From positions 1 through 64,000 of the forward strand of contig CAVUKA010000005.1 in assembly GCA_963741945.1 (NCBI GenBank): DNA of 64,000 bases, read 5' to 3'. Within the stretch, counting starts at the first letter, position 1; each line of letters begins with the position of its first letter. Positions 10,437 to 20,579 of the stretch are shown one piece after another. The stretch comes from an uncultured Gemmatimonadales bacterium. Lineage in GTDB: Bacteria > Gemmatimonadota > Gemmatimonadetes > Longimicrobiales > RSA9. A model generated the notes under the pieces. It saw only the letters and a program-made list of their open reading frames with translations. It made no database searches and was not told where the DNA came from. The position numbers were made by a program, and so were the translations under genes.

Positions 10437-11417
10437 CTATCCGCCCCGGTAGATGAGCTCGGCGAGGGTGGCGCCCACGGCATCGAGGCCGGTGGGGGCC
10501 ACGTGGTCGAGGTCGTCCTCGAGCGTGTGCCAGTAGACGTTCCCGGGGCCGTAGTCGAAGTCGATGATGTCGATGGTGTGGATGCCGGCCTGGTTGAGTG
10601 GGATGTGGTCGTCGCCGATTGCGGGGCCCGTGGTGCGCGGGAAGAACGCGCCGTATCCGAGCCGCTCGGCCATGCGCCACACGCGCTCCACCACTTCCGG
10701 CGCGTACTGCTGCGAGTACTGCTCCTGCGGGTACATCGGGTTCTGGTCGGCGACCATGTCCACGAGCACGCCGTAGAGCGGCTCGTAGCCGGGCGCCAGG
10801 TGCCCGGCGAAGTATTCGGCCCCCAGGTACATGTAGTCCGGCGCATAGTCCTCTCCGTCCACGAAGAGTAGGTCCACGCCGATGGGAGGCGAATGGCTGG
10901 AGAGGACGTTCGCAAGCTCCAACAGGACGGCCGTCCCGCTGGCCCCGTCGTTGGCGCCGGGGATGGGCGTGTTCCGGTCCGCGGGGTCCTGGGCGTTGTC
11001 GGCCGTGGGACGGGTGTCCCAGTGCGTGAGGAGCAGCACTCGCGTGGGCAGGTCCGGGCGGAAGCGGGCGAAGACGTTGGTCAGCTCCAGCGTCCGTCCC
11101 CCCGGCCCCGGGTGCGTGAACTCCTGCATGACCACGGTGTCGGCGCGCTCGCGCAGGAACGACGCCATCCACGCCAGCTGCTTCGCGTGCCCTTCCATCC
11201 CGGGCACCCGCGGTCCGAACGCCACCTGGCGACGCAGGAGCGCCATGGCCGAGTCGGCATCGAACGGCGGCGCCAAACGCTCCTCCCTCGTGATCCGTTG
11301 CGACGACGTCACCGCCTTCTCCGCCCCTTCCCCATCCGAGCACGCAGCCGCCAGCGCGAGCGCCACGAGCGCGAGCGCCACCGATCCCGTTCGCCTGACA
11401 CGACGATACCCGTTCAA
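10437..11417 (-). CDS. M28-family lipoprotein, probably glutaminyl-peptide cyclotransferase (animal-type QC)
   Basis: Lipobox AAAC; FGPRVPG, HWDTRP, GANDGASG, DGED, DDHIPL and WHTLED motifs. Confidence 0.8.
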   Translation of the reverse strand: MNGYRRVRRTGSVALALVALALAAACSDGEGAEKAVTSSQRITREERLAPPFDADSAMALLRRQVAFGPRVPGMEGHAKQLAWMASFLRERADTVVMQEFTHPGPGGRTLELTNVFARFRPDLPTRVLLLTHWDTRPTADNAQDPADRNTPIPGANDGASGTAVLLELANVLSSHSPPIGVDLLFVDGEDYAPDYMYLGAEYFAGHLAPGYEPLYGVLVDMVADQNPMYPQEQYSQQYAPEVVERVWRMAERLGYGAFFPRTTGPAIGDDHIPLNQAGIHTIDIIDFDYGPGNVYWHTLEDDLDHVAPTGLDAVGATLAELIYRGG

Positions 11418-11487
11418 CGTCCCCTCCGTATCCTCTGATCCTGTGCCCGGGCCGCACCCCCGCGGCGTGGCGGGGCTCGGGTCACCC

Positions 11488-14400
11488 CTAGAGCACCCCC
11501 GCCTGCATGTTGAACTGTCCGAACAGCCCGAGCTGGAACTGGCTGGAGCCCGCCAGGGTGCCGATGAAGCTGCGCCGGTCCACGTAGCTGCCCTGCAATC
11601 CCACGTCCAGCTGCCGTACCAGCGTGGAGATGGAGATGTTCAGCCGCCGGTTCAGGTAGTCGACGAAGTCGGTACACTCCGCCGCCACGCGGTTGCCCTC
11701 CGCCCGACATTCCCGCTGGGCCTGGTAGTCGTACCCCAGCGTGAGCCGGATCGGCTCGCTCAGACCGCGTCCCGCCAGCACCGCGGGCGCGGCGAACCGG
11801 CCGCTCACGTCGAGGGAGTGGGTCTGGGCGTGCTCCGCCGTGGTGCCCGCCGGATCGCGTCCATCGCCGCGCGTGCGCGACGCAATGTAGGCCAGCGAAA
11901 GGCCGCCCGCGAACGACAGTCGTACTTCCAGCGGGATGGTGTTCTCGCCGATCCGGTGCACGCGCGTGACGGGCCCGAGGAGGCGCAGCTCGCGGACGGT
12001 GCGGACGTAGCCGGTGGCGAAGGACCAGCCATCCAGCACGCGGGCGAGGGAGGGTGGCACGGGCAGGTCGCGCAGGTTGAGCTGCACGTCGGGCCAGGAC
12101 CGCTCGCCCTGGTCGCGGCGTCCGGCGCGCAGGTCGTACACCCGGGTGAGCGTGCGGCCGTAGCCGATGTCGAGGGTGGCGGACGCCCCCAGGCGCAGCC
12201 CCGATCGCGCCCGGAACCCGTCGGTCTCCAGCGCCGTGGCCGCCGTGTCCCCGTCCACGTAGCGGAACCCACCCAGCGCGCCCAGCCCGACCTGGTACCC
12301 CCACCCCGGTGCCGCCAGTTCCCGGTCGAAGCGCGAGCCCACCGCGTCCGTCCACGCCAGCTCCAGCGGCTGGAGCGGCGAGGTGGCGGCGAGCAGGATG
12401 CGGGACAGGAGACCGGGCGCCGCCGTGGCAGTGGCCGGGCGTGCCCCCGTGGAGTCGGCCGGTGCGGGGCGGGCGGAGTCCTGCGCCGCGTGCGACGCCG
12501 GCCCCGGCGCCGCCTCGCCCCCGCCGGCGCCGAGCACGGACGAGAGCGCCGCCGCCGGGTCGAACAGGACGCGGCGGCTGAGGCGCCGCTCGGTGTTGAA
12601 CGTGCGCTCGAGCTCCGCCGTGGTGCCGTCGGGGCCATCCACGAGCTCGACATGGGAGGGCTCCCGGCGCTGGCCGAACTGGCTGGTCCAGCTCAGGGAA
12701 GGGCGGAGCCAGTCCGCGAGGACGGGGGCGTAGGCGAGGTCCGAAGTGACCACGCGGTCCCGCTCCCATCCCAGCGGCACGCCGGCGATTTCGGTCCGGG
12801 CGCGGACCAGCGCTTCCTGCTGCGCGGCCACGGGCGTGGCGCGGACCGGGTCGAGGATGTCGCGGCCGGAGGTCACGGCGATGTGTCCGCTCAGCGATTC
12901 CAGAGGTCGGAACGCCACGCGCGCGCCACCCTCGAGAGTGCGGCGGGGCGAGCGGAGCGGCTGGACATCGGCATCGCCCGGTCGCTCGAGCACCTGGTCG
13001 TAGCGCCACACGGCCGCGTCCTCGCCCGTGAACTCGCCGGAGAGCCCGAGGCGCTCGGGCGTGAGCCGGAGGTGCGCGTCGGTGAGCCGGTGGAAGAACT
13101 CGCTCCGCTCCAGGCGAGCCGGGGCGAGCCAGCGCAGCGCGTTCTCGATGAAGGCGGGGACGATGTCCAGCTCCACGGGCGCCACGGTCCGATCCACGTC
13201 CACGCCCCCGTCCACACCGTTGAGCCGCGACGCAGTGGTGACCACGTCCTCGCGCATGCGGCTGTACCCGAGGTGGAGCGACGTCCCGTCCACCACGGCG
13301 GAAAGCAGCGGATTCTCCGTGGGCGTGGTCTTGCGGAGCGCCACGGCCACGCGCTGGTGCGATGTCCCGGTCCCGCGCAGCCCGGGCAGCTGGTCCGCCC
13401 GCACGTCGGTGCCCTGGAGGAAGATGGGGGCGAGCGATCTGCGGTCGTACGTGACGGTCACGGGCATGGCCAGCCCCCACGACTCCGGGGCGAAGCGGCC
13501 CAGATCCGCCGTCGTGGCCACGCGCAGGTCGCCGCTGGTCTCGTACGGGGCCGCGTCATCGAGCTGGCGGAAGCGGCCGCCCCGGCCGCCGTAGGAGAGC
13601 GAGGCGGAAAGGAAGCCGCCGGCCGTGAGGCCCACGTCGAGGCGGCCGGCCATGCCCGTGGCCCGGGCGCCCGCGTCCAGCCGCAGGTCGTCCATCCACA
13701 CTTCGCCATCGGACGCGCCGGCACCGTCGTTGTACACGGCGAACGTCAGCTCCCGGACGGCCGCCAGGTTGGGCGCGCGCGCCCGGTCCTCCAGCACCAC
13801 GGCGTACGTGCTGTCCTCGCTCCAGACGGTGAGCGGGCCCGCGCCATCGGCCAGGCGACGCTCCGCTTCGGCTTTCAGCGCGAACCACTCGGCGAAGTCC
13901 ACCTCGTGCTCCGGCAGCCAGTCCTCCGGGCTCACGTTGCCGCCGCCCGCCAGCGGCCGCAGGCGCGTCTGGTAGAGATAGTAGTTGCGGGCGTCCGTCC
14001 CCAGCTTGACCAGCAGCCGGTAGTCGCCTTTCGGGCCCCAGCGGCCGGCGCGTGGAACGGCCCAGAAGCGGAGCTTGCGGTAGTCCAGGAAGCTCCGGGG
14101 CTGCTGCGGGTAGCGGTAGTAGACCTCCGCCCGCTCCCCCGCCGGCAGGCCGTCCCAGCTCAGGCGCAGCGACTTCTCGTTGTACTCCACCCCGCTGGCG
14201 CCGAGCACGGACTTCGGGTCCTGGAGCTGCTCCTGCACGCCCGGAGGCGAAATGTAGGCGGAGCCGTCGGTCAGCCGGCTCACGGAGCCCACGCGCAGCG
14301 CGGTCGTGGCCGCGCCGCTCCCGGGCGCGTCCTCGAGGAGCCCGCCCAGGATCCCCTGGATGTCGCGCTTCGTCCAGCGGGACCCGGCAATGCGGAGCCG

Positions 14401-17400
14401 GGCGAGTGCCAGCGTGCCCACGCCGCCGGACTGCTTGACCACGGTCAGCCGCAGCTGCTTGATGTAGCGCCAGGTGGCCTCGCTGGCCCCGTTCAACCCC
14501 GTGCCGCTCCCGCCCCGGAGCGGGATGCGGAAGAGGCGGAACGCCGTCCCGGTGGCGGTCTGGTCCCGGACCAGGTACGGGGACGCCTGGCCGAGGGGGA
14601 TGACGTAGCGGAAGAGCGGCCCGTCCGACGCGTCCAGAACGCCGTTGCCGTTCAGGTCCTCGGTGTCGGGGCGGCCATTGTCCACGGTGCAGTTGGCCCG
14701 GGGATCGCCGAGCGGCACCGGCTTCAGCCGCTCGGCTTCGCACGACTGGGCCCAGAGGCCCTGCCGGTCGTCGTCGGGGCCCCACACGTCGCGGAGCGCC
14801 AGCGACGCCTCCTCGTCGAGGACGCCACGCCCCCACGGCCGGCCGAACGCCCCCGTCCCCTCACGGGCGCCCGTCGAGTCGAAGTAGAACGCGTCCTCGC
14901 TCACGGTGCCGAGGTCCACGACCAGCACGGCATCGCCCATGTTCGCAGTGTACGGCGCCGCGTAGAACTCCAGGTACTCGGAGCGGGAGAGGTCGCGCCC
15001 GGTGGTGCTCAGCACGGTGGTGATGGAGCGCCAGTGGGGGAGCGGCGCGGTGGTCGTGGGCAGACTGCGCATGGTCAGGTGCAGCACGGGCTCCGAGAGT
15101 CGGGCGCCGGCGAACGCGATCTTCTGGTCGATGTGGTCGGGGGTCAGGAAGCCGAGCTCACGGTCGTCGGAGAGGTAGCGGTCCTGCCAGACCAGCGATG
15201 CGGCGTTGGCGACGCTGGGCGGCCACGGCAGCTGCGGCACGGCGGTGGCGTCCTGGGGCGCGCTCCCGAGCTTCCACTCGCGCGCGTCGAGGGAGAGCGG
15301 GACCTCGTCCGTGGCCTCGAAGTCGTCCAGGTACGTGGCGCCCTGCCGGTTCGGGTCCGGCGACGACAGCGCCAGCTCGCCGGACACGTCCATGCGGGCC
15401 GCCGAGTCGGCGCGGAGCCCGGGCACGGCGGCCAGCGCGCGCGCGAGCCAGTCGGCCTCGAACGCCATGCGGCCGCTGGCGCCGCCCAGCAGCACGGCGC
15501 CGGGCGTGGTCCCCAGCTGCGGCCGGGCCACGATGGCCTGCTGCGCCCGGTACAGACCCATCAGGTTGAGCTCGCCGTACCGTCCCAGCGGCGATGTGGC
15601 GTTCAGCCCGAGCACGCTGGTGGGCGCGATGTCGAAGATGGCGTTCTGCTCCCAGCTGGCCCGGATCACCGCGTCCGGGTTCCCGCCCAGCACGGATGCG
15701 GGGTCCAGGAACGTGACGAGCCCGAGGTCGTAATCGATGACGTAGTCCTGCCCCCGCAGCAGGAGCCGGTCGTCCACCGTGATCCGCTCGCTTCCCTGCC
15801 GGATCCCGAACGCCCCCAGGTTGAAGCTGCTGAGCAGCCCCTCCAGCTGCACGCGGTAGCGGAAATTGAGCCGGAAGCGGCTGCTCCCCCGTCGCACCAC
15901 GGGATCCGGCTGCTCGTAGATGGCCGGGTTCGCGTCACCGCCCAGGACCGCGGCCGCCTCGGCCGCGCTCAATCCTTCCGCGGGCACGGGCGGCGGTCGG
16001 GCGAACGGCTGGAGTGTGGGGAACACGATGAACGTGCCGCGCAGCGCCGCCTGCCCCACCGTCTTCAGCTCGGCACCCGGGCGGAAGAGATGGGCCAGGT
16101 CCATGACGTCGGCGGGCGCGTCGTCATCCAGCCCGAGGAGGCGGAGGAACGGGATCCGGTCCGAGCCGCGCTGCTCGAACGTGACGCCGCCTGCCAGGTG
16201 GCCGAGCGAGATGGTGAGCGCCAGCGACGAAGTCTCCACGTCCGCCGAGCTGTCCAGCCGATAGACCTGGTGCATCTCGTACGGCCACGTGTCCTGCCCC
16301 GGCTGGTGCACGGTGACCGGGCCGCGGATCAGCCGCAGCTCCGGCGTGCGGCCCGCCGGCACCGTCTCGGGCGACGGGTCGCCCACCACCACACCCGTGT
16401 CCGTCACGTACGTCACCGCCAGCGACTCGTCATCGCGCAGCGGCGCCCGCAGGGCGATCCAGAGGCCGCTGGAATGGAGGTAGTAGTCCTGCCCCGGCTC
16501 CAGCAGGGTGAAGAGCCCGCTGTGGTGGAGCGACCCGTCCGGGGACACCGCATTCGCCAGGAACTTCCCCGTCCTCGCCTGGTCCGCGTACTGTGCGGCG
16601 CTCGCGCCCTCGTCTCGGAAGACCGCCAGGCGACCCCGGGCGGGGCGCAGCGACGCCGGCGCGTCCCCGGCGCGCAGCGTGAGCACGTCCACGTGCGGCG
16701 CGCCGGAGAGCCGCGACGGGTCCACCAGGAAGAAGAACTGGCCGCTGACGTAATCGGCGTCGTCGAGCACCAGCTCCTGCTCCTGCACCAGCCCCTCGGC
16801 ACCCTGGCCGCCCAGCCGGAACTCCCGCGTGGCGACGTTCCCCTTCTGCTGCGCCCAGAGCGCTTCCACTTTCGCGGGCCCCACCTGCGCCGCCGCCTTG
16901 AACCCGAAGTTGCCCGCCGGGATCCCCTGCGTCAGGTACCGCGACGCGGGCAGGTCGATGGACACGTCGCCCATCTCCACGCGCTGGAGCAGCTCCCCCG
17001 GCTCCCCCTGGTAGTAGACGCTGATATTGTTCGCCGCATCGAACTCGCGCCGCTGATCGTAGTCCACGTCCACGTGGAGCCGGTCCGTGATCGTTCCGCC
17101 CACCTGCACTCCGAATTGGACGTCCGGACGCAGCTGCGGCAGGACGCCCGGGCTGCAGTTGAGTCGGAGACCCGGCTCGCACGGACGGTACTCGTTCCAC
17201 ACGCCCCCCAGGTCCCCACGCCCCTCCACGCGCAGGTGCAGGTCCGCGACGTCCTGAACCGCCTGCGCCAGATGGAGCTCCCGCAACCCGGCGCCGGGGG
17301 AAGCGCCGCTGGCGGAGAGCGTGTCCCCCGCCGACGCGCCGGTCCGGGACACCACGCTGCCCCGTGGCGCGGGCAGCGCGCCCGGCGATCGGCGCGGCGC

Positions 17401-17676
17401 CGTCCAGCCGGCGGCGTCCGGCCACAGCGCGACCGGAACCGGCGAACCCGGGTACAACGGTCCGGACGCGCTGCGGGGGCTCGCGGTCGGCACGCGCATC
17501 GGGCGGAGGAGGCCGGCGGCCGGGAGTGGGGCCAGTCCGATGCGCAGCCCGGGCGGTGCCGGGGCGGCCATCAGCTCGGCGGCCGTGAGCGTGATGCCGG
17601 ATCCAGGACGCGCGGGGGCTTGCGCGTGGGCTCGACCCACGGCGAGGAGCACGATGAGGGGCAGGAACTTCTTCAC
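11488..17676 (-). CDS. sprA: SprA/Sov-like giant outer-membrane beta-barrel (T9SS translocon homolog)
   Basis: 2062 aa with a signal peptide. Segments GTITDRLHVDVDYDQ..FDAANNI..YQGEPGELLQRVEMGDVS, GSERI.VD...L.RGQDY.IDYDLG.V, YLDDFE, DTEDLNGNG.LD, NEKSL.L and GEVWMDDLRL resemble SprA (recognised by eye). Confidence 0.8.
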   Translation of the reverse strand: MKKFLPLIVLLAVGRAHAQAPARPGSGITLTAAELMAAPAPPGLRIGLAPLPAAGLLRPMRVPTASPRSASGPLYPGSPVPVALWPDAAGWTAPRRSPGALPAPRGSVVSRTGASAGDTLSASGASPGAGLRELHLAQAVQDVADLHLRVEGRGDLGGVWNEYRPCEPGLRLNCSPGVLPQLRPDVQFGVQVGGTITDRLHVDVDYDQRREFDAANNISVYYQGEPGELLQRVEMGDVSIDLPASRYLTQGIPAGNFGFKAAAQVGPAKVEALWAQQKGNVATREFRLGGQGAEGLVQEQELVLDDADYVSGQFFFLVDPSRLSGAPHVDVLTLRAGDAPASLRPARGRLAVFRDEGASAAQYADQARTGKFLANAVSPDGSLHHSGLFTLLEPGQDYYLHSSGLWIALRAPLRDDESLAVTYVTDTGVVVGDPSPETVPAGRTPELRLIRGPVTVHQPGQDTWPYEMHQVYRLDSSADVETSSLALTISLGHLAGGVTFEQRGSDRIPFLRLLGLDDDAPADVMDLAHLFRPGAELKTVGQAALRGTFIVFPTLQPFARPPPVPAEGLSAAEAAAVLGGDANPAIYEQPDPVVRRGSSRFRLNFRYRVQLEGLLSSFNLGAFGIRQGSERITVDDRLLLRGQDYVIDYDLGLVTFLDPASVLGGNPDAVIRASWEQNAIFDIAPTSVLGLNATSPLGRYGELNLMGLYRAQQAIVARPQLGTTPGAVLLGGASGRMAFEADWLARALAAVPGLRADSAARMDVSGELALSSPDPNRQGATYLDDFEATDEVPLSLDAREWKLGSAPQDATAVPQLPWPPSVANAASLVWQDRYLSDDRELGFLTPDHIDQKIAFAGARLSEPVLHLTMRSLPTTTAPLPHWRSITTVLSTTGRDLSRSEYLEFYAAPYTANMGDAVLVVDLGTVSEDAFYFDSTGAREGTGAFGRPWGRGVLDEEASLALRDVWGPDDDRQGLWAQSCEAERLKPVPLGDPRANCTVDNGRPDTEDLNGNGVLDASDGPLFRYVIPLGQASPYLVRDQTATGTAFRLFRIPLRGGSGTGLNGASEATWRYIKQLRLTVVKQSGGVGTLALARLRIAGSRWTKRDIQGILGGLLEDAPGSGAATTALRVGSVSRLTDGSAYISPPGVQEQLQDPKSVLGASGVEYNEKSLRLSWDGLPAGERAEVYYRYPQQPRSFLDYRKLRFWAVPRAGRWGPKGDYRLLVKLGTDARNYYLYQTRLRPLAGGGNVSPEDWLPEHEVDFAEWFALKAEAERRLADGAGPLTVWSEDSTYAVVLEDRARAPNLAAVRELTFAVYNDGAGASDGEVWMDDLRLDAGARATGMAGRLDVGLTAGGFLSASLSYGGRGGRFRQLDDAAPYETSGDLRVATTADLGRFAPESWGLAMPVTVTYDRRSLAPIFLQGTDVRADQLPGLRGTGTSHQRVAVALRKTTPTENPLLSAVVDGTSLHLGYSRMREDVVTTASRLNGVDGGVDVDRTVAPVELDIVPAFIENALRWLAPARLERSEFFHRLTDAHLRLTPERLGLSGEFTGEDAAVWRYDQVLERPGDADVQPLRSPRRTLEGGARVAFRPLESLSGHIAVTSGRDILDPVRATPVAAQQEALVRARTEIAGVPLGWERDRVVTSDLAYAPVLADWLRPSLSWTSQFGQRREPSHVELVDGPDGTTAELERTFNTERRLSRRVLFDPAAALSSVLGAGGGEAAPGPASHAAQDSARPAPADSTGARPATATAAPGLLSRILLAATSPLQPLELAWTDAVGSRFDRELAAPGWGYQVGLGALGGFRYVDGDTAATALETDGFRARSGLRLGASATLDIGYGRTLTRVYDLRAGRRDQGERSWPDVQLNLRDLPVPPSLARVLDGWSFATGYVRTVRELRLLGPVTRVHRIGENTIPLEVRLSFAGGLSLAYIASRTRGDGRDPAGTTAEHAQTHSLDVSGRFAAPAVLAGRGLSEPIRLTLGYDYQAQRECRAEGNRVAAECTDFVDYLNRRLNISISTLVRQLDVGLQGSYVDRRSFIGTLAGSSQFQLGLFGQFNMQAGVL

Positions 17677-17807
17677 CGCATGCCTGGTTCTATGTGCGCC
17701 CGTTGCTCCCGCGCAAGGCAGGGTTCCGTCGTGGACAGTGCTGTTGTAGAGGGTGGAACCGTTCGATACTATAGCGATTTACGCGACCGCAGGACAACGA
17801 GCCGCGC

Positions 17808-19283
17808 ATGCGGATTCTGACACGATACATACTGAAATCCCACGTCGGGCCCTTCCTGTTCGCGCTGGGCGTGCTCAGTGGGATCCTCATGATCAACACC
17901 GTGGCCCGGCGGATGGAAACGCTGGCGGGCAAGGGACTTCCGTGGTCCGTGATGGCGGAGGTCTTCGTCCTCTCGCTTCCGCACATCCTGGCGCTCACAC
18001 TGCCCATGGCCGTGCTGGTTGCCACGCTCTACGCGTTCAGCGCGCTGGCGGCGGACAACGAGATCACGGCGCTGAAGGCCAGCGGCGTGAACCTGAACCG
18101 GCTGCTGCTGCCGCTGCTGCTGGTTGCCATCCTGTTCGGCGGCGGGATGATGTGGTTCAACGACTACCTGCTGCCGGAGACGAACCATCAGCTGAAGATC
18201 CTGCTGATGGACATCCAGCGGAAGTCGCCCACGCTGTCGCTGAAGGAGCAGACCATCAACCCGATCCGCACGGGTGGGAGCGCGCGTGCGAAGTACTACC
18301 TGCAGGCGGCGAAGATCCGTCCGGCCACGAACCGGCTGACGGACGTGGTGATCTACGACTTCAGCGAGCCGCGGCAGGAGCGGACGGTGTACGCGGACAG
18401 CGGACAGATGGCGTTCAACTCGGACCAGACGGACCTCTTCCTGACGCTGTACGACGGGTGGATCAACCAGATCGACAATGATTCGCCGGAGCGCTTCGTC
18501 CGCAGCTTCTTCGACCAGTACCGGATCCAGATGCGGGGGGTGGGGAACGAGCTGACGCGCTCGGACTCCAGCGCCACGCGGACGGACCGGGAGATGTCGC
18601 TCGGCATGCTGCGGGACCGCGCGACGACGTCGGAGCTGAAGCGGGACACGCTGGAGACGGAGCTGGCGCAGCTGACCACGAGCGCGGTGGACCGGATCCT
18701 GGAGGGCCCATCGGCGGCGGAGCTGGGCACGGACCGGCCGGGGCGGCGGCTCCCGGCCTGGCAGGAGCGGATGGGGAGCGTGGGCGCCGGGGACACGATC
18801 TTCGACGAGTACACGCGCCGCACGTTCGTGGAAGTCTCCTCGCTGAACGCGCGCGCCGAGCAGCTGACGCGGATGGCGGACAGCTACATGGTGGAGTACC
18901 ACAAGAAGTTCGCCATCTCCTGGGCCGTGATCGTGTTCGTGCTCCTGGGCGCGCCCATCGCCGTTCGCTTCCCGCGCGGCGGCGTGGGACTCGTGATCGC
19001 CGTGTCCATTGTCATCTTCTCCATCTACTACGCGGGGCTGATCGGCGGCGAGAGCCTGGCGGATGACGCCGTCATCGCCCCGTGGCTGGCCATGTGGGCG
19101 CCGAACATCCTCTTCCTGGGCGTGGCCGTGTGGGGGCTGATCCAGATCGGGAAGGAGGCGGCCACCACGCGGGGCGGCGACTGGGACGACCTGCTCAGGA
19201 CCGTCCGCTCGCTGGCCCTCCGGCCGGTGCGCGCCGCGGCCCGCGCCCTCGGCCTCGGCCGCCCCGAGGAGCGCCGCGCATGA
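17808..19283 (+). CDS. lptF: LPS export permease LptF family
   Basis: LTLPMAVLVATL...LAADNEITALKASGV and EYHKKFAIS..VFVLLGAP; long periplasmic insert. Confidence 0.88.
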   Translation: MRILTRYILKSHVGPFLFALGVLSGILMINTVARRMETLAGKGLPWSVMAEVFVLSLPHILALTLPMAVLVATLYAFSALAADNEITALKASGVNLNRLLLPLLLVAILFGGGMMWFNDYLLPETNHQLKILLMDIQRKSPTLSLKEQTINPIRTGGSARAKYYLQAAKIRPATNRLTDVVIYDFSEPRQERTVYADSGQMAFNSDQTDLFLTLYDGWINQIDNDSPERFVRSFFDQYRIQMRGVGNELTRSDSSATRTDREMSLGMLRDRATTSELKRDTLETELAQLTTSAVDRILEGPSAAELGTDRPGRRLPAWQERMGSVGAGDTIFDEYTRRTFVEVSSLNARAEQLTRMADSYMVEYHKKFAISWAVIVFVLLGAPIAVRFPRGGVGLVIAVSIVIFSIYYAGLIGGESLADDAVIAPWLAMWAPNILFLGVAVWGLIQIGKEAATTRGGDWDDLLRTVRSLALRPVRAAARALGLGRPEERRA

Positions 19284-20350
19284 GGATCCTGGATCGGCTG
19301 GTGGTGAAGGATTTCCTGCGGCTGTTCACCATCTTCCTCCTCACGTCCCCCGTCCTCTTCGTGCTCGGCGACCTGACGGACAACCTGGACACGTACATGG
19401 ACCGGGGGTACTCCACCGCGCACGTGGCCCTCGGCTACGTGTACCAGATGCCCCTCTTCATCTCCTGGGGACTCCCCGTGGCGGCGCTGATCGCCACCAT
19501 CTTCACCGTCAACAACATGACCAGCCACTCGGAAGTGGCGGCGGCGAAAGCGGGCGGGATCAGCTTCTATCGGCTGTTCGCCGTGCTCCCGCTCATCGGC
19601 GTCACGCTCACGCTCCTGGGGCTGGTGCTCACGGAGCTGGTCCCGGTGGGGAACCGGCTCCGGGCCGAGCTGCTGGGCGGGCAGCCCACGCGATACATGT
19701 CCCGCTCCGACTTCATGTATCGCGACCTGGACGGGCGCGTCTACGCCATCCGTCGGCTGGACGTGGGCAACGGCGAGATCAGCGGGATCACGGTGGAGCG
19801 GGAAGGCAACGAGCCGGACGTGCCCAGCGTGTTCGTGTACGCCCCGCGCGCCACCTACGACTCCATCGCCGGCTGGACGCTCCACGACGGCTACATCCGG
19901 CTCATGGCCGGCCCCGACGTGGAGCGGGCCTACCGCTTCTCCGCCATGCACCCCCGCGGCTTCGACGAGCGCCCGGACGAGCTCCTGGACCAGCAGAAGG
20001 ACCCCGAGCAGATGCGCTACAGCGAGCTCGGCCGCCTCATCCAGATCCTGCAGCGGTCGGGCGGCCAGCCGTACGACCTCATGGTGGACCAGGCCCAGAA
20101 GATCGCCATCCCCGTGGCCGCACTCGTCATCATCCTCTTCGCCGCACCCCTGGCCAGCACTGCGCCTCGCGGCGGCACCGCCTACGGCGTCGGCGTGTCC
20201 CTGGCCGTCACCATCGTGTACCTGATGCTGTTCAAAGTGGCCGGGGCCGCCGGGAGCAGCGGCGCCCTCCCACCCATCCTGGCCGCGTGGACGCCGAACG
20301 TGGTGTTCGCGGCGGCGTCCATGTTCCTGATCGCGCGCGTCCGCACGTAG
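19280..20350 (+). CDS. lptG: LPS export permease LptG family
   Basis: MRILDRL start overlapping the lptF stop (ATGA); SEVAAAKAGGIS, KIAIPVAAL and LAAWTPN motifs. Confidence 0.88.
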   Translation: MRILDRLVVKDFLRLFTIFLLTSPVLFVLGDLTDNLDTYMDRGYSTAHVALGYVYQMPLFISWGLPVAALIATIFTVNNMTSHSEVAAAKAGGISFYRLFAVLPLIGVTLTLLGLVLTELVPVGNRLRAELLGGQPTRYMSRSDFMYRDLDGRVYAIRRLDVGNGEISGITVEREGNEPDVPSVFVYAPRATYDSIAGWTLHDGYIRLMAGPDVERAYRFSAMHPRGFDERPDELLDQQKDPEQMRYSELGRLIQILQRSGGQPYDLMVDQAQKIAIPVAALVIILFAAPLASTAPRGGTAYGVGVSLAVTIVYLMLFKVAGAAGSSGALPPILAAWTPNVVFAAASMFLIARVRT

Positions 20351-20351
20351 C

Positions 20352-20488
20352 CACGCGGAGAACTTCATCTCACGCGGAGAACGCGGAGACGCGGAGAACG
20401 CGGAGAACTTCATTTCACGCGGAGACGCGGAGAACGCGGAGAACTTCATTTCACGCGGAGAACGCGGAGAACGCGGAGAACTTCATCT
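20352..20488. repeat. Nested tandem repeat: 11 copies of ACGCGGAG(A) in four blocks, each ending AACTTCATYT
   Basis: Directly visible immediately after the lptG stop codon. Confidence 0.95.
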
Positions 20489-20579
20489 TGCGCGGGGGCG
20501 CGGAAGAGACTGCGTGATGCCACGACACGGCCGGGGGCGCGGCGCCCTGCCGCGTTGACCCCGGGCACGGAGGCCGTCT

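Noticed and set aside
10882-17820. 2312-aa plus-strand ORF and other long antisense ORFs (e.g. 23531..27946, 27676..31911)
   Set aside because: Shadow ORFs of real genes in high-GC DNA; Arg/Gly/Ala-rich with no recognisable motifs.
20352-20488. Possible CRISPR array
   Set aside because: Units are 8-9 bp with no unique spacers, and there are no cas genes nearby.
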